Positions 37,597 to 51,299 of a stretch of 64,000 bases of DNA are shown piece by piece. The stretch is taken from the NCBI GenBank assembly GCA_038087875.1, contig CM075996.1, forward strand, positions 8,992,001-9,056,000, read 5' to 3'. The first letter of the stretch is position 1, and each line of letters starts with the position of its first letter. Origin of the DNA: Malacoraja senta (Eukaryota). The position numbers and the translations under genes are program-made. Below the pieces are notes generated by a model. The model saw nothing but the letters and a program-made list of their open reading frames with translations, was not told the DNA's origin and ran no database searches.

Positions 37597-38304
37597 GAAA
37601 GTAGCAACACATAGATAAAACACGTGGTAAAAAATGAACGTCACCTATTTTCTTCGCTCCATTGATGCTGCCTCACCCGCTGAGTTTCTCCAGCATTTTG
37701 TTTACAGTTCTTTCTTAAAAAATGAATATGGTCTGTTTAAGATAGACACAAAGTGCTGGAGTAACTCAGGTCAGGCAGCATCTTTGGAGGAGAAGAGGTG
37801 ACATTTTGGGTCGGGCCCCTTCTTCATGTTTAGTTTAGTTTACTGTCAGGATTACCAAGGTGCAGTGAAAAGATGTTTTGTTACGTGCAATCCAACCAGT
37901 GGAAAGACTATTAATGCTGTTTGCCTTCGTTGGTTGGGATGTTAGTAAAAGAGTCAGGAGCTTCATTTGTTTGGGCCACATTTGAAGTAATGTGTGCAAT
38001 TCTGGTCACCCCATTACTGCAAGGATCTGGAGGGTTTGAACAGTTTGCAGAAGAGTTTTACCAAGATGCTGCTTGGATTAGAGAGTGTTAGCTATTAAAA
38101 AAGAGGTTGGACAAATTTGGATTTTCTTCTCGAGAGCACGGAGGCTGAGGGGAGACCTGATGGAAGAGGCATGCATAGGGCTGACATTCAGTCTGAAGAA
38201 GGGCCTCGACCCGAAATGTCACCGATTCCTTCTATCCGGAGATGCTGCCTGTCCAGCTGAGTTTTAAAAATTTCAAATTAGACTTTGCTAAAATAGACCA
38301 GTAA

Positions 38305-39110
38305 TGGGCTGTCATGGTGGCGCAGTGGTAGAGTCACTGCATTACAGCGCTTGTAGCACCAGTGACCCGGGTTCGATCCCGACTAGGGGTGCTGTCTGTA
38401 CGGACTTTGTACATACTCCCCGTGACCCCGAGATCTTTGGTTTCCTCCCACACTTCAAAGCCGTACAGGTTTGTAGGCTAATTGGCATGGTGTGTGTGTA
38501 AATTGTCTCCAGTGTGTGTAGGACAGTGTTGATGATAATAATAATAATAATAATAATAATCATTTTATTTACTGGCGCCTTTCTAAAACCCAAGGACACC
38601 TTACAATGCATAGAATCACAAAAAAAAAAATACAAAACACATAATCGGAATAAATTAAATATAAAAACACCACAGTACACAAATCAAGGACAGAATTCAA
38701 TTTCAAGAGCACCAAAAGAAAATAAGAAACACAATTTGAGGAGAGAGCAGCGGCGACCAATTCGCGCCAGCGTCCACTCTCCCCTCCGACCGCCATCTTG
38801 TACACGGACTAACAGGCACAGCACACAGAAATCATCCCCCCACAATGACCACCACTGTGGGGGAAGGCACAATGTCCAGTCCCCAACCCAGTTCTCCCCA
38901 GAGTCAGGCCCATCGAGGCCACCACAGTTGCCTCTACGGAGGCCCAATGTTCCTGGCCGTCGGGAGAGTCCTCGCAGCGGCTGGAACGGCTGGTTTCCCA
39001 GCGGAGTCGATGTCACCTGAAGCCGATGTCACCTGATGTGTGGGGATCGCTGGTCGGTGCGGACTCGGTGGGCCGAAGGGCCTGTTTCCGCGCTGTATCT
39101 CTAAACTAAA
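38305..39110 (+). mobile_element. HE1-like V-SINE with nested insert (about 38535-39035)
   Basis: SINE head and tail intact around the insert. More HE1-like copies at about 7165-7415(-), 24683-25005, 26141-26370(-), 40680-40945, 41100-41415, 43855-44143, 48558-48860(-) and 61170-61450. Confidence 0.82.
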
Positions 39111-39444
39111 CTTTCTTCAAGCAATGAATATAAACAATGCATGTACCGTCCAAAAAAACGTCATCCGACATTCTCGGAGGCTATACACACATTCAACACT
39201 GAAGAAGGGTCTCGACCCTGAAACGTCACCCAGAGATGCTGCCTGTCCCGCTGAGTTACTCCAGCTTTGTGTGACTCTCTTCAATACTGAATTTACTGAA
39301 TTCACGACCCAAATTGCAATTTTACCCCGCACCCTTGCCACATATGTAGCACACTGGCGTGGAATCCCTTCCCTTATTTTGAGGGGCAGTCTCCATCACA
39401 CCCTGTCCAGCAGCGGAAGGACCCTAGCCTGAGCTTCTCCCCCG

Positions 39445-40040
39445 CTGAGTTTAAAAAAAATTTCAAAATAGACTTTATTCAGGTAATAAATATATACAAT
39501 ACATGAACCGTGCGACAAATTCATCCGACATTTTCGGAGGCTATACAAATTGTTCAATACAGTCTACATACATTGCTCAAATTTCACGAATTTGTCCCCC
39601 ACCCGTGCCACTCATGTGGCCCCCTGGCGTGGAATCCCTTCCCTTATTTTGAGGGGCGTCTCCACCATACCGTGCCCCCCATGTCCAACAGCGGGAGGAC
39701 CCTAGACTGTGGCCCTCCCCCACCGAGCCTTGGCGTTGGCTGCACCAAGCTTCAGTGCGTCCCTCAGCACGTACTCCTGCAGTCTGCAGCGGGCCAGTCG
39801 GCAACATTCCCTGACGGACATCTCGCTCTGCTGGGTGGTGAACAACGCTCGGGCAGACCAAAGAGCGTCTTTTTACCGAGTTGATGATCCTCCAGCAGCA
39901 CTCGATGTCAGTCTCTGAATGTGTCCCTGGGAACAGTCCGTAAATCACAGAGTCCTCTGTGACGGAGCTGTTCGGAATAAATCGTGCTTGCAGAGTGTGG
40001 ATTCGCAAAGAGAGTCTGGAAAGGTCCGCAAGGGTCCCTA
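39445..40040 (-). mobile_element. Tx1/L1-like LINE 3' fragment
   Basis: ORF ...RFIPNSSVTEDSVIYGLFPGTHSETDIECCWRIINSVK; aataaa plus poly(A)-like end; partial duplicates at about 39120-39195 and 39290-39435. Confidence 0.7.
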
Positions 40041-41478
40041 TTCCTCCCCCGCTGAGTTACTCCAGCATTTTGTGTCTATCTCCTGTCATCCAGAATTCTG
40101 TTCCCTGGGTGGAAAAGTCAAAGACTAGAGGGCACAGCTTTCAGGTCAGAGTGGGAACATATAATGGAGATGAGCGGGCAGGTATTTTTTTTACAAAGAG
40201 TTGTAGTTGCCTGGAAATGCTGGCAGGGAGGTTGGTGGAAACAAATATAATAGTGGCATTTAAGAGGCTCTTTGATAGCACATATAAAGGGAATGGAGTA
40301 CGTCCAGGCAAAAGGATTCATTTAATTCTCCATCATGTTCGACACACACATTGTGGTCAAAGGGGCTGTTCCTGTTCTACATAATTCAACAATAAGAGAG
40401 ACAGCTTCATTAACAGAGACACCTGACACAAAGATGGACATAGGTTTCACATCAAGTCAAGTCAAGTGAGTTTATTGTCATGTGTCCCTGATAGGACAAT
40501 GAAATTCTTGCTTTGCTTCAGCATAGTAGGCATTGACCACAAAACAGATCAGTGTGTCCATATACCATTATATAAATATATACACACATGAATAAATAAA
40601 CTGATAAAGTGCAGATAACAGATAATGGGTTAGGAAGATAGGATTCAATAGAAAACGTAACAAATCAAAGCCTGAGCAAGTCCCGGGTTCCATCCTGGCT
40701 ACGGGCGCTGTTTGGATGGAGTTTATATGCTGTCCCCGTGACCGCGTGGGTTTTCTCTGAGATCTTCAGTTTCATCCCACACTCCAAAGACGTACAGGCT
40801 TGTAAGTTAATTGGCTTGGGTTTGTCTACTTGGTATGTGTAAATTGTCCCTGTAGGCTTGTGTTAATGTGTTAATGATCCTGGTCAGTGCGGACTCGGTG
40901 GGCCGAAGGGCCTGTTTCCGCGCTGTATCTCTAAACTAAACTAAATAAAGTCATTTTCCCCCTTGTACTGACTCACTCACGCCATTTTCCTCAATTATTT
41001 TAATATCCAAAATCTATTAATCACCATCAGTGACTGAGCCCGAGCAGCCCTTTCGAGTATTGACTTAAAAGATTTGTCACCATCTGGGGGAAGAAAGCGC
41101 GACACAAGGTGCAACTAGTAGAACAGTTGCCTGACAGCGCCAGTGACCCGGGTTCGATCCCGACCCCGGGTGCTGTCAGTGTGGTCCATGCATTTTCTGT
41201 CTGTGACCGCGTGGGTTTCCTCCGGGTGCCACGGTTTCCTCCAACATCCCAAAGACGTGCTGGTTTGTCGGTTAATTGGCCTCTACTAATTGCCCTAGTA
41301 TGTAGGGAGTGAATGCAAATGTGGGATAACTTAGAACTAGTTTGAAAGGGTGATCGATGGTCAGCGTGGAAGTGGTAGGCCGAAGGGCCTGTTTCCATGC
41401 TGTATCTTTGAACTAAATTTCTTCCCACCTCAGCACAATTGGCCTTGCCATGTACCTGTCTACATGGATAGGCGCTAC

Positions 41479-41820
41479 AGGCAGGAAACATGTTCCCGAT
41501 GTTGGGGGAGTCCAGAACCAGGGGCCATAGTTTAAGAATAAGGGATAGGTCATTTAGAACGGAGATGAGGAAAAACCTTTTCACCCAGAGAATTGTGAAT
41601 CTGTGGAATTCTCTGCCTCAGAAGGCAGTGGAGGCCAATTCACTGGATGCTTTCAAGAGAGAGTTAGATAGAGCTCTTAAAGATAGCGGAGTCAAGAGAT
41701 ATGGGGAGAAGGCAGGAACGAGGTACTGATTGTGGATGATCAGCCATGATCACAGTGAATGGCGGTGCTGGCTCGAAAGGCCGAATGGATTACTCCTGCA
41801 TCTATTGTCTATTGTCTATT
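41479..41820 (+). mobile_element. HER1/CR1 LINE 3' end
   Basis: ORF 41490-41729 and tail; other CR1 pieces at about 27060-27300, 42235-42580, 47600-48070, 56958-57226 and 57862-58193. Confidence 0.85.
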
Positions 41821-43298
41821 GATAAGGTACTGGATATCTAAACCGGGTAAAACATCATCCCCACTCCACCATGTCAGAGCCCCCTTAAATACTTAATACA
41901 TTTCAATGATGCGATCTTTCACTCTTCTCAAATCAAGAGGATTGAGGAGCAGTTTGGTAACCTCTCCCCATAATGTAAACTCCTCCATCTTAGGAAGCAA
42001 TCTGCTGAACCTTTGTTACACTACCTCAGTCACAACTATATCCTTCCTTAGTTTGGGAGATCAGACCTGTAGTCACGCTTCCAGATGTGTATTCTTACCA
42101 GGATTCTACATATTAACAGAAGAATGTTAGTACTCCTGGACTCAAAACCTTCTATAGTAAAAGCCCACACGAAGCCTTCTTCACGTAATGCTTGTGCCTG
42201 TAGTTCACTGTGGTTCACCCAGATCTTTCTCGACAAATCATGAGAGGAATAGATCGGGTAGATGCACAGAGTCTCTTGCTCAGAGTGGGGGAATCGAGAA
42301 CCAGAGGACACAGGTTTAAGGTGAAGGGGGAAAGATTTAACAGGAATCTGAGGGGTAACGTTTCAAAGGGTGGCGGTTGTATGGAACGAGCTGCTGGGAG
42401 CAGGGAGTTGAGGCAGGGACTATCGCAACGATGAAGAAACATTTAGACAGGTACATGGATAGGACAGGTTTAGAGGGATATGGGCCAAACGCAGGCAGGT
42501 GGGACTAGTGTAGATGGGACATGTTGGTCGGTGTGGGCAAGTTGGGGTGAGGGACCCGATTCCACGCTGTATCACTCTATAAACATCTTTCAAACCTTTA
42601 AATTAAAAACATAGGAAGACAAAAGTGCTGGAGAAACTCAGCGGGTGCGAAACGTTGCCTATTTCCTTCGCTCCATAGATGCTGCCGCACCGGCTGAGTT
42701 TCTCCAGCACTTTTATCTACCTTCGATTTTCCAGCATCTGCAGTTCCTTCTTGTACATTAAAAACATTACTGCTCTTGTTTTTTTCCCTTCTAAAATAGA
42801 TGACCTCAGAATTTTTTTCATCATATTTCATCAACCATGTCCTTGCCTATTGACTGAGACTTCCTGTATTCCACTGAAGGTTTTTTTTTTGCATCCTTCT
42901 CACAGCGAACAATGCCGCCCAACCTTGTATCATCAGCAAATGCGGGACAAGCAGGCATGTTAGTGGGGATGGGCTGCAAGGTGCGTTCCCAGAAAGTGAT
43001 CGGGATTGTGATTTTCCATAATGCAGAACCGTGTCACCTGCGCATACGTTAAGAAATGCAAGATGAAAAAACGTGTCTATTTAGAATTTCCCACACAAAT
43101 CCCATGAGTGCAAATTTTATTGCGTACCGTGAAATTTTCGGGTAGTGATGTGACAATTCTGTAAGGCAAAGTTCCATTACCCAAATGGCCGTATTGCAGG
43201 TGTCACCCACATTGCACTTAATCTCCTCGACCAAATCCTTGAAACACACTGTGAAGTGCCAATGCCCAACATCAGTTCCTTCCACGTTCCACTAGTTA

Positions 43299-43836
43299 GG
43301 GGGCTGTCCCACTGCGGCAACCTAATTGGCAAGTTTAGAAGAGTTTAGGAGAGTTTGAAAAAATGTCATGTTGAAGACCTCCTTCGACTATGTTGAAGAC
43401 TAGCTTCGACTATCTTTGGAAAAATTGGACACCGAATATTGGGGAGTGAAGACGACCTCCTTCGATCTCCTTCGATCTCCTTCGACCTCCCTTCGACTAT
43501 GTTGAAGACTATCTACCACTACCTTCGATTACATTGACTAACCTCGATTACCTACGACTAACATGCCGACCTACTACGACCTACATCGACTAAACTTACG
43601 AGTAAAAAATGTATCGATTTTTCCATGGCGACCTTTTTTTCCTCGCGGGCATTTTTCAACATGTTGAAAAATACGCCGCGACCTAGCTGAGGCCTCGAGT
43701 ACGCGGGGACTACTCTCGAGCATGAAGAAAAGTTACAAAGACCTCCTAGGACACCGTGTCGACCATGCTGCGAGTATGAGTCAAGGGCAAATTCGTCTGA
43801 ACTCGCGGATTAGGCCGTCGCAGTGGGACAGCCCCT
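43299..43836. mobile_element. PIF/Harbinger-type MITE
   Basis: TIR ggggctgtcccactgc; TTA duplication. Confidence 0.88.
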
Positions 43837-44775
43837 TTACAGCCTCTAAACCTCATGGCAGCATAGTGGCGCAGTGGTAGCCCGGGACCTAGGTTTGATC
43901 CTGACTACTGGTGCTGTCTGAATGGAGTTTGTACGTTCCCCCATGACCTGTGCGTGTCTTCTCTGGGATCTCCGGTTTCACCCGACTCCAAAGACGTACA
44001 GGTTTGTAGGCTAATTGGTTTCAGTACAATTGTAAATTGTCCCCAGTGTGTCGGATAGCGTTTGTGCGCATGGATTGCTGGTCGGTGCGAAGTCGGTGGG
44101 CCGAAGGGCCTGTTTCCGCGCTGTATCTCTAAACTAAACTAAACCTGAAAAAAGACCCAGTTACTCCCAATCCCGCTGATTCACCGATCCTCATTCCGTG
44201 CTAATATATTTATACTGCTCTGTTCGCAAGTTGTATTCAACAACCTTGTGTTGTCTTTTACAAGACACATCACTTGGACTGATCCCACCTTATCCTTTCC
44301 ACTAGCTACACCACCCCATAAAACTCTTATCAAATATGTCAGACACACTAATATAATTATGAGAAGCATAGATATGATAGACCTTTTCTTCAGGATGCAA
44401 ATGTCAATGTCAATGACGATATGGGCATTGTTTTAAGGTGATAGGGGAAAAGTTGAAAGGAAATGCGCTGGGCATTTGCTCCCCCCAATCCCTCAATAGT
44501 GTGGTCATCCAGAATATGTTGTCAGGGGTGGTGGTGAAGGCAGAAACGACAGTGGTATTTAGGAGTCTATTAGATAGGCATATGGATATGCATAGAATGG
44601 AGGGATCATGAGCAGCACATAACTTGGCATCATGTTCGGCATCGACACGGGCCAAGTGGCCTAATTCTACTCCAATATACTCCATATATCTTATGGACAT
44701 TGTAGGCCAAAGGGCCTGTACCTGTGCTGTACTGTTCAATGTTCACATGATCTCCCTATTGTTTATCCACAATAA

Positions 44776-45359
44776 AGGGGCTGTCCCACTTGGGCGACCT
44801 AATCCGTGAGTTCTGGCGAGTTTGCCCTCGACTCATACTCGCAGCATGGTCGACACGAGGTCGTAGGAGGTCTTTGTAACTCTCCTTCGTGCTCGAGAGT
44901 GGTCTCCGCGTACTCGAGGCCTCAGCTAGGTCGCGGCGTATTTTTCAATATGTTGAAAAATGCCCGCGAGTAAAAAAAGGTCGCCATGGAAAAATTCGAT
45001 ACTTTTTTTACTCGTAGGTTTAGTCGAAGTAGGTTTTAGTAGGTCGGCATGTTATTCGTAGGTAATCGAGGGTAGTCGAAGGTAGTTGAAGGTAGTCTTC
45101 ATCATAGTCGAAGGGAGGTCGAAGGAGATCGAAGGAGGTCGTCTTCACTCTCCACTATTTGGTGTCTAATTTTCCCGAAGTTAGTCGTAGCTAGTCGAAG
45201 CTGGTCTTCAACATAGTCGAAGGAGGTCTTCAACATAGTCGAAGGAGGTCGAAGGAGGTCTTCTACATAGTCGAAGGAGGTCTTCAACATGACATTTTTT
45301 CAAACTCTCCTCAACTCTTCTAAACTCGCCAATCAGGTCGCCCAAGTGGGACAGCCCCT
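44776..45359. mobile_element. PIF/Harbinger-type MITE
   Basis: TIR aggggctgtcccacttgggcgacc; TAA duplication; opposite orientation to 43299-43836. Confidence 0.9.
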
Positions 45360-45993
45360 TAACTGCCCAATTACATTGTTATTCTCGGTGTCATGTTACC
45401 AGTTCCATATTAATAGATACAAGCATTTTCCATACAACTGATATCAGATCAACAGGTCTATGGTTCCCCGTTTTCTCTCTCCCTCGTTATACAGCGGAGT
45501 TACATTTTCTACCTGGAAACTATTCCGGAATGCATGGCAAATGTGGATGATTATACTCTGGTCATCGGGTATCTCCATCGCCACCTTTCCCAAAACGTTG
45601 GGATGCAGGTTATCAGATCATAGAGTCATACAGCACAGAATCAGGCCCTTTGGCCCATCGTATCCATGCTATCATCAAGTAATCATCTATACTGATCCAG
45701 TTGCCAACACTTGGTCCATTGCTTTTATGCCATGGCCACTGAAGTGTTCATCCAGATATATCTTAAATGTTGGAGATGCACCAGCTTTCCTGAGAGACCA
45801 ATGCTAATTTCTTTCAGCTCTTTAGTCTCTGTTGACCTGTTATCCACGATATTTGGGATGATTTCTACATCTACTTTCAGACACCATGTATTAGGTTAAT
45901 TTCTCTGCAATTTCTTTATTTCCCTGCATGTTTTCTCAGTCTCGGCCGGTAAGAAACCTGCACTAAATTTGGATAGTCTACTTTTTAACATAT

Positions 45994-47140
45994 GTGTGTT
46001 TTTACAATACTGTGACATCTATACATAAAACTGAAGTTCACAAATACATTATTTCAACATGGTTCACATTAATCAAAAACCCTCACAGCGGCAGCACGTG
46101 ACAGGGAGAGATAGTTCATGAAGTTTGAGAACATTTCATTAATGAACAAAATTCCTATGCGTTTTTTTGCTTTATGTTTGGTGTCCACCATAACAACCGT
46201 TACATGAAATTTAGAAAGTCTTTTTTTTTTTGCTAAAGCTTGTTCGCTGATTTCTTCACTTTTGCTGTTTTTCAAACACACTAATGTACTTTCTTGCTAT
46301 AAACATGTGACCAAATGAACAATATTCCTCTTATCTACTGAAACGTGCGTTACCCACGTTACACAGTGTCCAGGGGTGGACACCAAAATGAGAGTAGCTC
46401 CTGTTTCTTCCGTTATTTCTTTTTTTTGTAATTTCTTTCTCATGTTTTGAATAAACTTTATGGAAGTAATTGTCCATGCATAAGAAGAGACTGCAGGTAC
46501 ATAATTTGATGGAAATATAGCTACTGCAAAATGCTGGTGTTACGCGTGTGATGGTGGACACCAAAAATATTCACTGATTTTGGCATGGAGCAGCTTTTAC
46601 AGAATCTTGATATTAAGGTTACTTTCTTCTCCTAACTTCATTATCTATTGAGTTCTTCAAACTAGAACATTTTCAATCTCCTTGGGAAGTTCTTTGGTCT
46701 TAATTTACCATTGTGGTGTAATGGTGGTTACTCTAAAATAGGGTGGACACCAAGAGTAACCCCTCTTTGAAATATGGCCATTCACAGCACTTCATGCCAT
46801 ATTCATCAAATGCTTTGCTTATTACTGTGAAACTTGCACCTCTGCAAAGCAACAAACTTTAAAATGTTTTGAATTATAATGAAATTAATGCAGAAATTGA
46901 CTTTATTTCATTGTGTCAAAGCATGTCACATTTTTGGTGTCCTAAAAATGGATATTTTTGAGATATAAACTGGTTGAATCAGGGAATTAATTTAATTCCT
47001 AACTTGATTTTATCTCTACTATCTCTTGCACATTTGAGTAACAATCCCTGAAAAGATTAATACCATACGACTTGAAACGGTGGAGATATGACATTTTTAA
47101 TGTTCTGTGCTAAAATCTATCCAGTATTGTAAAAATACAC
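45994..47140. mobile_element. Non-autonomous DNA transposon with ATAT TSD (Sola-like, tentative)
   Basis: TIR gtgtgtttttacaatactg / cagtattgtaaaaatacac; ATAT on both sides; internal repeated GGTGGACACCA motif. Confidence 0.7.
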
Positions 47141-49113
47141 ATATCTATTGAAGCTTTTATAGCATTTTTAATCATTCTTGCTGAATTGTTCCCATATTTC
47201 CTTTTTCTTATCAATTTATTGTTTCTTCTCTGCTGCATTCAGATTTGTTCCTAATCTCCAGGCTTAATGCCTTTTCTGGAAATACTGTGAGCTTTTCTTT
47301 TCAACTAAATCTATCTTTATCTTTTCCAGTTGGGTTTTTGTGCCTTAAAGGGATATACATCTATTATAAACTTTGTATTAGTTCTTTAAATGTTAAGCAT
47401 TGCTGGCTTACTGCCAAACCATTTAATATAGCTTCCCAGTCCACCATGGTCTGAAGAAGGGTCTCGACCCGAAATGTCGCCCATTCCTTCTCTCCATAGA
47501 TGCTGCCTCACCCGCTGAGTTACTCCAGCATTTTGGGTCTATCTATGGTCAATTTATTGTTCTGTTCGGAATTGAGAATTATGGTCCAGGTTCAGATCGA
47601 CTGCTATAGGAAAGAGTACAAAGAAGATTTGCTAGGATGTTGCCTGGACTCAAGGGCCTGAGCTATTGGGAGAGGTTGGGCAAGCTAAGACTTTATTCCT
47701 TGGAGCACAGAAGGCTAAGGGGTGAACTTATCGAGGTATAAAAAAATAATGAGGGGAATTGACAGTCTTTCACCCAGGGTCGGGCAATCAAGAACCAGAA
47801 CCTTGGTTTAAGGTGAGAGGAGAAAGATTTAATAGGAACCTGAGGGGTAATTTATTTTTCACTCAGAAGTTGGTGGGTATGTGGAAGGAGCTGCCAGAGG
47901 AGGTAGTTGAGGCAGGTCCAATAACAACATTTAAAAGACCATTGGACAGGTGCATAGTTGGAAAGGTTTGGAGGAAAATGGACCAAACATGGGCAAGTGG
48001 GACTATCTTAGATGGGACATCTTGGTTGGTTTGGATGAGATTGGCCGAAAGGCCTGTTTCTGTGCTCTCTGACTAAGTAAACAACTTTCAGGAACCACTT
48101 TCAGTAATTCAGGGATGTTGATAGGTGAGTGATGGCATTGCAGGGAGATATGTGGGGGAATGAGACTGATGGGTATGTCCAGACTGCTGGCATGAGATGG
48201 ATGTGGAGACACAAGGAATTGCAGATGAAAGATGCAAATAAATTAAACCCCGTTGGTTCGGCAGCATCTCTGGAGAAGAAATAGTTGACAGTGAAGGTTG
48301 GGATAGTTCTTCACATTGATCTGGTGAGATGGGAGTGTTTAGTATGGAGACTAATAGACATTATTCCATGGAAGAGATGCAGTATAGGGTAATGAATAAA
48401 AGTTCAAACCCACAATGTCCATGGCATTCAGCTGGATGCAGCAAGATCCTTGCTGCATCCAGCTCTTTAAGGATTCATCCAGGGGTCACGCCCTTAGAGC
48501 TTCTGCCCTCACCAGTCCTATAGCCCTCACCATTGCTATAGTTCCTGACCCACACTGTTTAGAGATACAGCATGGGAACAGGCCCTTCGGCCCACCGGGT
48601 CCGCGCCGACCAGCGAAGCCCACACATTAACACTATCCCACACCCACTAGGGACAAATTTTACATTTACCAAGCCAATTAACCTACAAACTTGTCCGTCT
48701 TTGGAATGTGGGAGGAAACCGAAGATCCTCAGAGAAAACCCACGCAGGTCACGGGGAGAGCGTACAAACTCCGTACGGACAGCACCCCGTAGTCGAGATC
48801 GAACCCGGGTCTCCGGCGCTGCATTCGCTGTAAGGCAGCAACTCTACCGCTGCGCCACTGGGTATGATACCAACCAGCGGAGATTCCACCCACCCCCGGC
48901 TCCAGTTTAGCCAGGGCTCCTCGATGCCATAGTTGATATCAAGGGATATCAGTTACTCTCACTTCACCTGTTGTGCTCAGCTAGTTGCGTTTAAGTAAGC
49001 AGAAGTCCGCAGCAGGGTGATGCCATCCGGTTCGACATCCGTAGGGGCCCGCCCGAAAAAGGGCGCATACTCCGGGTTGGCGCCAAGCCGCCGCGCTGCT
49101 GCTGTCTCTGTTT

Positions 49114-49180
49114 GTTGTCGTTCGGCTGAGTGAGGTCAGTTGACAGGGCTCGCCACGGGGAGGTGGACAACATGAGCCCC
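49114..49180 (-). ncRNA. Second HDV-like ribozyme (distinct sequence family, slightly degenerate)
   Basis: Minus strand: P1 GGGGCUC/GAGCCCU, P2 GUUGUC/GACAAC, P3 ACC/GGC (one mismatch), L3 UCCCCGU, P4 CUGA/UCAG, J4/2 CGAA. Confidence 0.68.
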
Positions 49181-49223
49181 AGGTCGTTCCTGAGCAAGTG
49201 CCATTTGAGAGCACTATTGATTA

Positions 49224-49930
49224 AGTCAAATTCAAGTCAAGTCAAATTTATTTATATAGCACATTTAAAAAACAACTCTCGTTGGCCAAAGTGCTTTACA
49301 TTTGTTATAAGAATAGCACAAACAAAACAAACTACATACATATATACATGTAGCCCTCACTCAGAGGACGTCAAGAAAGGCTTGGGAGTATAGCTAAGTT
49401 TTTAGTCTTGACTTAAAAGAGTCGATGGAGGGGGCGGTTCTGATGGGAAAGGGGATGCTGTTCCACAGTCTAGGGGCTGCAACCGCAAAGGCGCGGTCGC
49501 CCCTGAGCTTATGCCTAGACCGTGGGATATTCAGCAACCCCAAGTCGGCCGATCTGAGGGGCCTGGAGGTGGAGTGGTGGGTGAGAAGACTTTTTATGTA
49601 GGTGGGGGCAAGCCCATTGAGGGCTTTGTAGACATGGAGGAGGATCTTGAAGTTTATACGGAACCGCACAGGGAGCCAGTGGAGAGAGGCCAGGATCGGG
49701 GTGATGTGGTCCCTTTTTCGGGTGCCCGTCAGGAGTCTCGCTGTGGCGTTTTGGACCAGTTGCAGGCGGGACAGGGAAGATTGGCTGATGCCAGTGTAAA
49801 TGGAGTTGCAGTAATCTAGGCGGGAGGAGATGAATGTGTGGATGATCTTTTCCAGGTCATCAAACTGGAGGAATTGTTTTATTTTAGCTATCGTCCGAAG
49901 CTGAAAGAAGCTAGCTTTTACCACGGCATT
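49224..49930 (-). mobile_element. L2-clade LINE 3' fragment with open ORF2 C-terminus
   Basis: 176-aa ORF ...SRLDYCNS...LQLVQNATARLLTG..KRDHITPILASLHWLPV...GDRAFAVAAPRLWNS; (cttga)n tail. Confidence 0.92.
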
Positions 49931-50680
49931 GACTTAATTGACATTAAGGCTTCCATCACAGAATACAGGAGCACAGGAATGGGCTACAATTTTTGTGCTG
50001 ACATGATGCCCAGCTGATCTGCTCTCATTTGCCTGCAAGTGATCCATATCCCTCCATTCCCTGCAAATCAAGTGCCTATCTAAAAGCTTCTTAACCGCCA
50101 CTATCGTATCTGCTTTCACTCCCACCCTTGGCCATGAGTTCCAGACTCCCATCACCCTCTGCGTAAAAAAACTTGCCGTTATATTTTCCCCCTCTCACCT
50201 TACAGCTACACCCTCTGGTGTTGGACATTTACAGTACACCCTGGGAAAAAGGTTCTGACTGTCTATCCCATCTATGCCTCTCATAATGTTATATACTTCT
50301 ATCAGGTCTCCCTGCAGCCTCCGACGTTCCGGAGAAACCCAAGTTTATCAAAGCTCCCGCTGCAGGCGAAACCCTCTAATCCAGGCTGCATTCTGGTGAA
50401 CCTCCTCCGCATCCCCTCCAAGGCCTCCACATCGTTCATGTAATACTCCGAATGTGGCCTAGAGAGCTGCATAATGTTGCTGATGACCAAGAGTGGTAAT
50501 TGACTGGGTTAGACTTGTCCTGCATGTGGATATTACACACCTGTGTCATTGTAAACACTGTTGGGTAGATGCCAGAGTGGCAGCTGTACTGGAGCAGCTT
50601 GGCCAAGGGCATGGCAAGCTCAGGAGCAAGTCTTCAGTACTATTGCACGAGTGGCTTTGCTGCATCCATCGCCTTCAGTC

Positions 50681-50711
<31 letters not shown>

Positions 50712-51299
50712 TTCTTTGTTTCTTTATTTATTTATTTCGAACAGAATAAAAGAATAAAAAGCAAGTGTGAAACAGCATACAAGAAAACAAAAACAAAAAT
50801 ATTTATAAAGTGTCAGAAACAATATCTATAAATAAATGAAATCGTATGTGTGTCTGAAAAGGAGCAGGAAGAAGCCAAAGCTTATTAATTCTCACCCCTT
50901 ATTCAATTGCTTATAATTATCTTATACAAATTTAGCAGCTATATGTACACCATATGTACACCAGCACCTGTGTACATATGTACACCAGCAAATTTAGCAC
51001 CATATGTACACCAAATTATTTACATTTATACACTAGTCAAATATTTACAAAGCCATACAAAAAGAGAGAAAAAAAGAAAAAAGAAAAGAAAAAACCCTCA
51101 TATACTATACAGTATCTCTTAGTCATATATACAACCCATCACCCTATAATCACCCTTCCCAATACAATCAGTATAACAAATATCCCACTCACAATTACCT
51201 ATCCTCATCCCAATATCCTTTAAAAACAAGTTTAGTTTAGTTTAGAGATACAGCGCGGAAACAGGCCCTTTGGCCCACTGGGTCCGTGCCGCATATTAA

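Noticed and set aside
50681..51225. AT-rich segment with (ttta)n and a-rich ORFs
   Set aside because: Low-complexity, probably the 3' tail of an unidentified minus-strand retroelement; the ORFs are compositional artefacts.
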